From the human T2T-CHM13v2.0 reference genome, Homo sapiens, in NCBI RefSeq assembly GCF_009914755.1, contig NC_060925.1: a stretch of 64,000 nucleotides of DNA. One strand, written 5' to 3'. The notes beneath the pieces were generated by a model that saw only the letters and a list, made by a program, of their open reading frames with translations, had not been told where the DNA came from and did not search any database. The number at the start of each line of letters is the position of its first letter. Position 1 is the first letter of the stretch. A program made the translations under genes and the position numbers. Positions 46,348 through 57,655 of this stretch are shown piece by piece.

Positions 46348-49089
46348 ACAATGAGAACACATGGACAGAGGGAGGGGAACACAACACACTGGGGCCTGTC
46401 TGGGGGTAGGGGCTAGGGGAAGGTTAGCATTGGGTTAAATACCTAATGTAGATGATGGGTTGATGGGTGCAGCAAACCACCATGGCACGTGTATACCTAT
46501 GTAACAATCCTGCATGTTCTGCACATGTACCCCAGAACTTAAAATATAATTTAAAAAAAAATCTCAAACAACTCACTGAAGTGTCTCAAAGCTGAACAAG
46601 TTTTACCAAAATGAATCCTTCTCAGTTAACTGATCAAATGGATGAATCCTGACCCTCTGAAGTCTCTTTCCTGAGTTAGAGCAGGGAACTGCTCTGAGTG
46701 TTAACTGTTGGATTCACTGCAGTGTCCTACAATATTTTACAAGAAGATGAAAAGGCAACCTGCAGACCTAGGCTTGATTCCCAAGTCACAGTCTGACCCC
46801 TGCTACAGGAGGTTACCCTCCTCAGGAAGTGATAGAAATAGGGAATTTGAAGGAATAGTGAGGGGACCAGGGAGATTTGATTGAGTCTGGTTTCCAGGTG
46901 AATTAAAAGGAAGGGTGTCATCCAGGGTTTGTTGCTACAGTCAAAAGAATAAATAAATCAATGAAGAAATACCTTCATTGTCTGTGGTTTTCATGCAGAT
47001 ATACTCATGGAGGTTGTATCTCTCCAAAAACAGACAAATCCAAGGCTGTGAACAAGCATCCGCATTTGAATTCCATTAAACCAAAATCTATGTTGAACGA
47101 AGTGAAGTCTGTACACAGCATTGCAAATGTGAACACATTCCTGTGTGAGGCACATCACCATTTGTCAGTTATTGTGAATATGTGTATTTTTAAGCAATAA
47201 GATGCAGCTGGTCAGTTTTCTGGGCAATCTTGGCGAGGCATTTCCTGTGCTGTGGTTGTTCTCTAACCACTGTGAGAAACCCAAATAAAAATCGATCCCC
47301 CCCAAAACAAATACGTATCACAAAACCATAGTAATCAAAACAATATGACACTTGCACAAAAACAGACACATTGACCAGGGGAACAGAATAAGGAGCCCAG
47401 AAATAAACTCATGCATTTATGACCAAGAAATTTTTGACAAAGGTGCCCAGAAAACGTAATGAAGAATAGACATTTGTTTCAATAAATGGTGTTAAGAAAA
47501 CTAGATATCCACATGCAGAAGAACATGAATGTGTATGGTGTGTATCCTTATCTCACACCATACACAAAAATCAATTCAAAATGGATTAAAGGTTTAAACA
47601 TAAAACTGTAAAACTACTAGATGAAAACATAGGGGAAAAGTTCCACAATGTTGGTTTGGTCAAAGATTTCTTGGATATCACCCCCAAAGCACAGGCAACA
47701 AAAGCAAAAATATATGGGATTGCATCAAACTAAAAAGCTTCTGCACAGCAAAGGAAACAATATGGTGAAGAGACAACCTACAAGCTGTGAGAAAATATTT
47801 GCAGAGCATACATCTGATGAAAGGCTAATCTCCAAATATATAAGGGACTCAACTCAATATCAAGAAAACAAATAACCAAGTCAAAAAATGGGCAAGGTCC
47901 TAAATAGACATTTCTCAAAAAAAATACAAATGACTAACATAAAAAAAGTTTGTCATCCTAATTATCAGGGAAATGCAAATTAAAATGACAGTGAGATGCC
48001 ACTTCATACCTGTTAGAATGGCTACTATCAAAATCATAAAAGATGACAAGTGTTGAAGAGGATACAGAGAAAAGGGAACCCTCGTACACTGTTGGTGGAA
48101 ATGTAAATTAATACTATTATGAAAAATAGATAAAAGTTACTCAAAAAACTAAAACTAGAATTACTATATGATCCAGCAATCCCACTTCCTTGTATATATC
48201 CAAAGGAATTTAAGTCAATATGCTGAAGAGATATCTCCAGGCTCATGTTCATTGCAGCATTATTCACAATACCCAAATATGAAATCAACACAGGTGTCTA
48301 TCAACTGACAAATGGATGAAGAAAATGTAGTGTATATATACAATGGAATACTACTCAGCCTTAATAGGAAGGAAAACCTGATATATGTGACAACATGAAT
48401 TAACCCAGAAGATATCACGCTAAGTGAAATAAGCCAGGCACAAAAAGACAAATATCACATGATCTCACTGATATGTGGAATCTGAAAAAGTTGAATTCAT
48501 AGAAGTAGAGAATGGAATGGTGATTATCAGAGGCTAGGAGTTGGGGGTAGACATGGAAAAGGTAGATGTTGATAAAAGGGTTCAAAGTTTCAGTTAGACA
48601 AAGTTTCAGTGAACTATTGCGCGGAATGGTGACTGTAATAAATAACAAGGTATTGTATGTTTCAAAATGACTAACAGAGTAGATTTTAAATGTTTTCACC
48701 ACAAAAAAGATATGTATGTCAATAAGACAGACCTAATCTTTCCACAATTTAAACATGTATCAAAACATTACATTGTACCCCATAGATACAATTATTATTT
48801 GTCAATTTAAAATTTTTCACTAATTTATATTGTTATTGTTGCACCAACTCCTTTCCACCAGGCAGATTCTCATAAAGACTATTTTCTCTCTTACATGAAG
48901 CATTTCCTACACACCTCTTAATCACGGTAGCATTGACATCATTCTACCAGATTCTATCTCCAGTGTTAAAATAATCAAGAACCCAGAAATCTCCACCAGG
49001 GGGCAACCAATGCGTATCAAAGTTTCCCACTTTCCTTTAGATTTACTTATGGGTAACTTATGGGAAAAAATACTTAAGTACTTCCCTTT

Positions 49090-49760
49090 TTAAAGAAAAA
49101 AATTATATGAATTCTACAAAATTATGGCAGAAAATTTAAGAAGAGCAGATGCTTCCCAACTCATTCTAAAGGGCCAGCATTACCCTGATTCTGAAATGAA
49201 AAAGCTTTACAAAATCCAAGATCCATTCCTGACTAAAGATAAAAGAAATTTTCAGCAAACTGTGAATACAGAAAACTTTCTCAGCCTGTTAAAGAGTACC
49301 TATGAAAAAAATTATAGCTAACATTATACTTAATGATGAAATATTTAATATATTTCATAACAGGAACAAGTCAAAGATGTCTGCTCTAACTAATTCTACT
49401 CAGCATTCAACAAAATGAATATAGTGAATTCATACTAGAATTTTAAAAGCAAATGTCTTTATTCACTGACAACATAATCATCTATAAAGAAAATCCTACA
49501 TAACCTATAAAAAACTGATGGAACTAATAAGTTTTACAAGTTTACAGGATATAATGTCAAACAAAGATCTATTATGTGCCCATAAGCTAAGAATAAACAA
49601 TTGTAAATTGAAATAAAAATGTCACTTAAAAGGGCATCAGAAATATAAAACTTAGAGATAAATATAAAGTACATATGCATAAAGTACCTGTTCACCAAAA
49701 ACTACAAAACATTGCTGAAAGAAATTAAATGGGCATAATATAGATGTAGAGATGTGTTGA
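49090..49760 (+). mobile_element. Old L1M ORF2 fragment
   Basis: cccaactcattctaaagggccagcattaccctgat and aaaactacaaaacattgctgaaagaaattaaa motifs. Confidence 0.65.
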
Positions 49761-49939
49761 ATTTATGACTCATTTTGAACAAGGAATATATTCATCATAT
49801 ATTCATCAGATAAGAATTATGTTACAGGTCTAATAACATTCAAATGAATACATAATGTCTCATAGTTCCTGAATCTAAAATATCAAAGAAAGAAACATAA
49901 AGCCATATCATGTTTAACGAGAAGGGCTTATTGTATCAT

Positions 49940-50877
49940 TTATGAGATCTTCTTGTAAATCACTAGCTGTTTGCATACTCTCTTTATTGCTGCCTTCATC
50001 TCCTTATTCCTGAATGTATAGACAACTGGATTCAGAAAAGGAGTGAGAACTGCATCAAAAATAGCCAGAAACTTGTCCATCTGTGAATTAGGGTGTGGCC
50101 ATGTATACACAAACATGGGTGGACCAAAGAACAAAAGGACCGCTGTGCTGTGAGCTGAAAGAGTGGAAAGGGCCTTGGATGAACCACCTGAGGAATGTTT
50201 CCAAACAGTAAACAGGATGAAGATGTAGGAGATTAGAAGTATGAAGAAAGTACCCACACAGATAAACCCACTGTTAACAGTGACCATGAACTGCAATCTG
50301 TAGGTGTCGGTACAGGCTAGTCTGAGAAGCCGAGGAAGGTCACAGTAGAAGCTGTCCAACACATTAGGGCCACAGAAGGGTAAATTAACAAGAAATGCCA
50401 GTTGGAACAGGGAGTGACTGACACCAAGGGTCCAGGCAACAGCCAGAAATGAAAGGCACATTCTTGGGCTCATAATGGTCAGATAGTGGCGGGGCTTAAT
50501 AGGGCCACATAACTGTCAAAGGCCATGGCTATGAGCAGCACCATCTCCACACCACCAATGACGTGGATGAAGAAGATTTGAGCGATGCAGCCTCCAAAGG
50601 AGATGACTTTGCACTTTCTGAACAGGTCATAAATCATCTTGGGAGAAGTGACAGAGCAGGCTCCTAAGTCAATGAAGGAGAGACTGGCCAGTAGAAAGTA
50701 CATGGGGGAGTGTAAGTGAGGGTCAGTGGTCACAGAAAACACAATGAGGATGTTTCCAGTAATGCTTGCCACATAGAGCACAGAGGAAAACACTAGGAGG
50801 AGGAGCTGGATCTCCCATGAATGAGTGAGTCCCAGAAACAAAAACTCAGATACCACTGAGTGATTCTCTCCATCCAT
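49940..50877 (-). pseudogene. OR4F: Olfactory receptor family 4 subfamily F pseudogene (close to OR4F3/F16/F21/F29 type), single frameshift
   Basis: [17 protein letters not shown]...LHSPMYFLL...MAFDSYVAL / KP(R)[11 protein letters not shown]...KALSTLSAH...[16 protein letters not shown]; 938 bp, one short of 939; G of the TGT (Cys) codon lost between 50498 and 50499, stop at 50479-50481. Exact paralog not resolvable by eye. Confidence 0.95.
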
Positions 50878-52719
50878 TGGTCCAGCCAACTGGGCTGTGG
50901 CTAAAATTATGAGAACTAAGAAAATGGGGAGGAAATTGTGATTATGAAGATAATAATATGTACTAAAATCAATATTGCAATGTCACTATGAATAAATAGT
51001 ATACAGTTATTCTGTTCCTCACATATTAAAAACAAAAAATCAACATAATATTATCACAACATGTGAGCTGCAACCTGATTTAAACCCATCATCAATACTT
51101 TCAGTGTAATGTCTGATCTAAAATTAACAGATTAGGTAAGAACAAGATTCCTGACTATCCATGAAATTCATCAGGTGTTTAAATGACCTGCGATATTAAC
51201 TATTCCTCATTTCCAACATATTCCATTTGTACTTATACATATTCTTATAATTTCCTTCCCTTCCCAGTTTGCAGCCACAATTCTCTGACAGAAAGTAGAC
51301 ATAAGAGGAAAACATGATTAACAGATGGATTATCACCTGCAGTAAGAGGTGCCTGGGACGGACTTAGTTGAGGTAGGCTGTGGATTGAGACAGAATATAG
51401 AGACTGGGGTATGTGAAATCGGAAAGCCCACAACTGTAGCAGAACAGAGTAAGTGGACTTTCACAAGAAATAGAATCACCACCATTATCTACCACATTTT
51501 CTCATGCTCACTGCTATTTAAGTGCCTCAGTTTCTATACAATCTTTCACAATTACGAAGCCCTAAATGGCTTCCCATCCTGCAGTGATTTCATAAGGAGC
51601 CTATGCCACCTGTCATGTAAGGCTTTTTCCATGCCTAATAAATATGTTTTGGAGGGATTTCACCAGAGTTTTTGCTAAGATGCATAAAATGGCCACAGAG
51701 GTTGTGAGAAATCTCTGCAGTTTCTCTTTGTCTATACACATGAAAGTATTGAAGACCAGCACTTGGATTAGTTAAGATAATGTTTTAATTCATCACTGTC
51801 TCCTCCTCCCCTTGGTACCAGCTTTTATGTTCATTGCATTCCCCATCCTTTTAAGTACTCAGTACCTCCTGCATGGTAACCTATTCTGATATTTGATATT
51901 ATCATGCTTAATTTGACTGAATCCATTTGGATATTTTATCTTTAAGAAATTTGTAGTTTTATACTTTTAATTTATGATAAAATTAGATTAATATCAAACA
52001 TTAACAAGTGACTTTTAGGAAGGTATATGAGCTTTCTTATTGACTTCAAACTATAAAGTACAAACTGTGACACTAGAAATTTAGTCCTTTAACACATGTT
52101 GTATTTATATGTGAAGTGGAGGGTGAGCAGAAAACAGTGTTATATTTCTCTGTGTCCAGATGGATACTCACCTCAATGATTTTCCTATAGTAGAAAGTAG
52201 TTCCTGAAAACACTTAATAGAGATTATTTTAGAAGTTGCTGAGGTACAAATAAAACTGCTATGCTGACATCATACTTTTTTGCACCAACAACTCCAGTTC
52301 TTCTGACACAAAGGACCATCTTCCTAGTGCCATAATTTATCTTAGACCCCAAAACTCACAGAGGCACACATCATATCTCTAATACTTGCTCACCACCACT
52401 GGCATGAGTCTCTCTCTATCCTCTTCTACGTGAAGTGATTATACTGTCACCTCTGGAGCTAACTGTCCACAGTCTCAAGATGCACACTTTTACAACCAGA
52501 AGCCTATGGACTGGGTGAGGGAGCAGAAACAGCCACAGGTACTGCCCATCAGGGTAATGTAAGTCAGCATGCAAACAACTGATCAGATGAACATGAATAG
52601 CAAGGTGCTGAGGCACTGGGAAGAGGGACCGGAAAACTCTATAATTGTTGAAAAAGACTCAAGCCCTTGGGAAGGGAAATGCCTACGAAATTATATAAAG
52701 ACCATTTTATCCAAGTTGG

Positions 52720-52835
52720 TCATCATTCAGATGAAAACCATGAGGCCCAGAAAAGTAAACTGAGTTTCCAGAATTCACACAATTGATAGAATAGGAACCA
52801 GAATTCAGGCCTCTTGCTTCCTATTCCAGAAAGAC
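52720..52835 (-). mobile_element. MIR fragment
   Basis: cagatgaaaaccatgaggcccagaaaagtaaactgagtttccagaattcacacaa resembles the reverse MIR core. Confidence 0.55.
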
Positions 52836-54162
52836 AAATTGCAATAATAATCAAATAATATGAGCAATCATCCAGTAAAAATAATCTAGTAAAAACAGCA
52901 AAACTCAAAAGAGTGATTTTTCCTGGTTAAGACCAAAACTAACCATAGATTGCTATACATAGTATCTATTATAAATACTGAATTATATAGCAGCCTGACA
53001 ATAAATACATAAAATGTGTACACAAAGATTATTGAACCTGTACAATACAGTAGTAAATAGTAGCTTTATATTTGCAAAGTGACTGATCATTACTATCAGA
53101 ATTTGTACCCATTCTTCATATTTTGTTGGTCATATAACCAGTTACTACAACTGCAAAAACAACCTAAGGTCATGTTTCTGTGAAGTCCATCCTTTTGGTC
53201 TTTAAATTTTATTATCCTCAAAGGTCAATTATGATCTCAATCTTTTCTTGTAATTTTACTGACAATTCTCCTTCACACTGATTTGTTCTTTCTCTAATTC
53301 CTGTAAATAGAAAGAACCAAAAAAAGTTGAAAAAACATGTATTGTACATATAACAAACAATCATATGTGGTATACAATATATATCAAATGAGTATTAAGA
53401 TAAACATTCAAAGAGTTTTAAAGAAAAAAGTGTTATAGATATTGGAGGGCAGAAGAGACGATTGCCATTAAGAACAGGTGGAGGAGGTTATGCCAAGGAC
53501 ATTGACCTGACCCTTTAGGAATTAGTGAAAATTGAATAGGAGAAGAATGAGGTATACAATGTGTGAAAAACACCTAAATTGATATAACAGGAGGAGACCT
53601 TTTCATATCAATTATCATTACTTCTGTGTATATAACCATATTAGATACCCACAAATGAATAGAAAGTGGATAGTTCTTGATTGACAAGTAAGACTAATAA
53701 TCCCAGATCATAGTAAGGTCTTAACTTCAAGTCAATAATCTTTATTACTTATGGTTCATTCCTCTCCCTCATGTTTTCCAATAATTTTAAAATGCATAAT
53801 TAAAACAATTCTCATTTAAAAACATAGTAGCCATGACTAATGATCTTCCAGTGGGAAGGTACTAAGACTTTACAACATGTTTCTTGCTGGGGATAAGACA
53901 GCCTACAGCCAGCATTCAACTCATTTTTCTAAAGTCTATGGATCAATTTGAAATACAGAAAAAGTAGAACAGAGATAAAGTTAAAAAAAGATTAAAAATA
54001 TGGGAAGAATGGGAGAAAGGGGAGATTAGAAGATATGAACAATGATTTAAAAATAAAAGAGCCTCAAAGGAGAAGAGAAACTGCTAAGCAAGACTAAGGT
54101 AGGATGAAATACAGTAGTCTCTGTTTCTGAGAACACAGGTTAAAAAGAACATAAATAAAATA

Positions 54163-54270
54163 AATTTATCACCTTTAATACACTCATTCAAGGATGCTAC
54201 TGAGTTTGACTTTGGGAATTTCTCACCTTTAATACACTCATCTGGGGATGCTACAGACTGTGACATTGGG
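54163..54270. repeat. Tandem duplication, 2 x 54 bp
   Basis: aatttatcacctttaatacactcat...gactttggg repeated with 9 mismatches. Confidence 0.9.
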
Positions 54271-54699
54271 TTGCATTTAAAGGGGGAGAGAAAGGGCAGT
54301 TGCTTCTATTATCTGCCCTGTTGGACTCACAGAGTTTCTTTGAAAAGCACAGATGATAATAAATGGAAATATTGCCTTTTATACTATACAATAATATACA
54401 CATGCAATTCACTGGAAAAAGTATACTTGTTACTATGATTTGAGGATACTACCATATACTAATCAAGAGAAACACATGTACAGAACAAAGAAGGCACATG
54501 AAATTTTTACTAGTGTGTGTTTTCCTTGTGTTCTACCACCCCAGGAGCAGCTTCTGCTACTGAAGATCACAGTAGAGTTATTTCCAAAAGTTGTGGGTCT
54601 GCAGGGTGGACTTATCACATAGCTGTTTGCCAAAATTCAAAAGTCCAGAAACCATTTCCAAATTTTCACCTCTTTTATCTTCAAATCCTAAAACTATGA

Positions 54700-54865
54700 A
54701 AATTCACAAACTTAGCTCCATACATTATGGTAGAAAGGTTAATAATTTGGACTTTGAGGTTGACCAGGCCTGATTTTTGAATAAATTCACAAACTTACCT
54801 CCATACATTATGGTAGAAAGGTCAATAATCTGGACTTTGAGGTCGACCAGGCCTGATTTTTGGAT
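54700..54865. repeat. Tandem duplication, 2 x 83 bp
   Basis: aaattcacaaactta...ggcctgatttttg repeated at 54700 and 54783 with about 5 mismatches. Confidence 0.92.
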
Positions 54866-55460
54866 CCAGGCTGCAACACTCACTTGCTGTGTTAACGTAA
54901 CAAAGTTCCTAGACCATGCTGAGCTTCAGTTTACTTGTTATTGAATTAGGGATATAGCGTTCGAAGGAAGAAGTTCTAGTATTTGATTGCACAGCAGAGA
55001 AATTATAGTTATTGAACTGGGGATATGTAGATAGACATAATAAATTTTAGTATTCAATTATACAATGGAGAAATCGTAGGGAACAATAATTTATTATATA
55101 TTCTAAAATAGCTAGCAGAGAAAAATTATAATGTTCCCAACACAAAGAAAAGATAAATATTCAAGGTGATGAATATCCAAATTACTCTGATTTGATCATT
55201 ACACATTGTATACATGTATCAAAAATATCACATGTACCCCAAAACATGTACAACTATGATACATCAATAAAAAACAACAAAAAAACCAAAAGAATAGAAA
55301 TCAAAAATAAATACATAAATACATAAAATAGGGATAATAATACCTCCCTTGTTTGCTTGCTCCCTTGCTCCATTTGTAAGAAATAAGTGATATAATATAG
55401 GTAAAAATACTTAACCTCATGCCTACCACATAGTATAGCACAATAAATGTTATTTATTAT
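54810..55460 (+). mobile_element. MIR split by an L1MA 3'-end fragment (about 54960-55325)
   Basis: MIR-like gagcttcagtttacttg before and aaaatagggataataatacctc...aataaatgttatttattat after; L1MA terminus aatatcacatgtaccccaaaacatgtacaactat plus A tail between. Confidence 0.7.
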
Positions 55461-56306
55461 AATCTGAGGCCTACCTACATAAGTGACTTTCAAGTATAGA
55501 AAATTATTTCTCAAATTTTAAATACTCCCTGATTCTCAGGTATGGTAATTAGACCTGGCTTTAGGTAAAGCTCTCATGTCTACACTTGGATTTAATCACT
55601 TAAGTATATTTCCCAGTGCCCCCCCCAAAAAAAATTGCTCCTAGGTGGACACACTAATCAAAGACTTCCTGAGAAATGCAGGAAGAAGTTTTGTCCTCTG
55701 ACCACGCTACGCCCTTTCCTTGATGGTAAGCCCCATAATCTAAAGCCATAAGTTTCAATTCCTCACATAAAAAGAAAAAAAATGTCTTTTATGACCACTT
55801 CAGATAACACTGGATATTTCCCTTGTCATTAGGAATGAGAAATGGGAGGAAGGTAAACTTGTAGACAGGAGAATTGGTAGATGCTTGAAAGGATTTCTGA
55901 AAACTGTGCCTATCCAGGTGTACAAATGTGTTGACCAGCCAAGGCAAAGCAGTCAAACCATACAATACCTTATCCTCAGGAAAATGGACTTTTCTCCCAA
56001 ATTGCCTTTTTCATGAAAAATATAAAATTCTCCAGTTTCAACCTCATGTTAAATTTCACATGTGAAGAAAACAGTCATGCACATCAGAAAATTAAATGGC
56101 GAGTCAAGACCAAATTCCTAGTCACAGTTATGTTCTGTTTCCAGTATTACCTTCTCACTTATTCATTTTGTTAAAGTGGAGCCAAAATAGAAGTGGGTGT
56201 CACACATCAAGAAAGACTGAAGTCGTACAAAGCCGATCCTTATCCAACGTGCATTAAAATATGCATCAGGCATGTGTGATGCATACAGTAGAAGTGGAAC
56301 AAATCA

Positions 56307-56390
56307 GGCCAGGTGCAGTGGCTCACGCCTGTCAGCCCAGCACTTTGGGAGGCCAAAGCAAGCAAATCGCTTGAGATCAGCAGTTCAAGA
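56307..56390 (+). mobile_element. 3'-truncated Alu (first 84 bp), no poly-A, flanked by TSD
   Basis: ggccaggtgcagtggctcacgcctgt...gttcaaga; flanks agaagtggaacaaatc (56290-56305) / agaagtgtaacaaatc (56388-56403). Confidence 0.88.
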
Positions 56391-57589
56391 AGTGTAACAA
56401 ATCCTCTACAATATAAGTAGAGTGAAAAGAGATAGCTACAGTGATGAGGGAAGGCACTATAGTGATGTGGCATTTGAGTATAGCCATAAAAGAGGATAAA
56501 TATTACAATACATGAATATAGGGTCTAAAGAAGTCTTTTCAAGTAGATTGTAAAATATTTCAAAAATGGTAAGTTTGGTGTATGTTGAAGCATACAGATT
56601 GTCTACATCCTAAAAATCATTTTGGTGAATAAAGGAAAATAAGAAAGGTAGTCAATATTCATTTGTTGCCTATCATTAGAAACTTCTCAAAGGTATATGA
56701 GAATTATTAAATAAATTTAGGAAGCCAGTGAAGGTATGGGTCCCGGGAATTGAGGATGAAGCCAGTAATTAGGGAAGATGCCCCATCTATAAGTGTGATG
56801 TATCAAATGGAGGAAAAGAAAAACGGAGGGAAGGAGTTCCCTTAAGAGAAGATTGAAATAGAGCAGACTTGGGGGGCTACACAGAGGAACTGGGACTACA
56901 CAGTTCCAGCTTTAAGGCTATAGAAACAGAAATAGAAATACTGGTAAGTAAAAACCCAAAGGATTGGTGACTTATCACAGCTGGAGTGAATACGAAGGAG
57001 CATGAACTCAAAGAAAATATCAAGATTTAAGCAAGAATAAATAGGACAATGGTAGGTCCATTTTTAGAAATTAGAAAGTTGAACATAAAATATGTCAGGG
57101 TGGAGAAAATAATCACGTGTATTTTAAGCAAATAAGAGTATTAGATATTGAGATGCTCAGGTGAAAACATATGACAGGATATATGGGGGAAAAGTACAAA
57201 TTCAACATGTAATTGTATAGTAATCCATATAAAAATAATAGACGGATGTGTAAGAGTGCATAAGGTCCCTGAAGGAAATAATACACAGGAAAAAAAGATT
57301 AAAAAGCAAAGACCCAACTATAGAAACTATCCACATTGATTATGTAAAGTAGGAAAAGGAATCAATAAACTAGACAGAACATCACAGAGGTAGGAGGACA
57401 AGTGCTGGCCTCGAGGAGCCAACACAGAAGCAGGTATCAAGAATAAAGGAGGAGAAGAGAGAACAAAGAGAGAGAGAAGAGAACTTCTGTGGCAGAAGAT
57501 CAAGTGGGATGGTAGAATAAAGGAGAAGAAATACAAGAAAATTGAAATAAAATTTACAGAAATGTTCTACATTGTAAGTGGGCAGTTTT

Positions 57590-57655
57590 GACCTGGCACA
57601 TTGTTGGCACACATTATAAATGTCAAATGTATTAATGAATGAATGAATGGATAAT
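57590..57655 (+). mobile_element. L2 3' terminus
   Basis: acctggcacattg...aaatgtattaatgaatgaatgaatg. Confidence 0.55.

Noticed and set aside
49940-50889. Two separate CDSs or an intact OR gene
   Set aside because: They are halves of one gene broken by a 1-bp deletion; the ORF-track start at 50889 is a TTG upstream of the true ATG at 50877.
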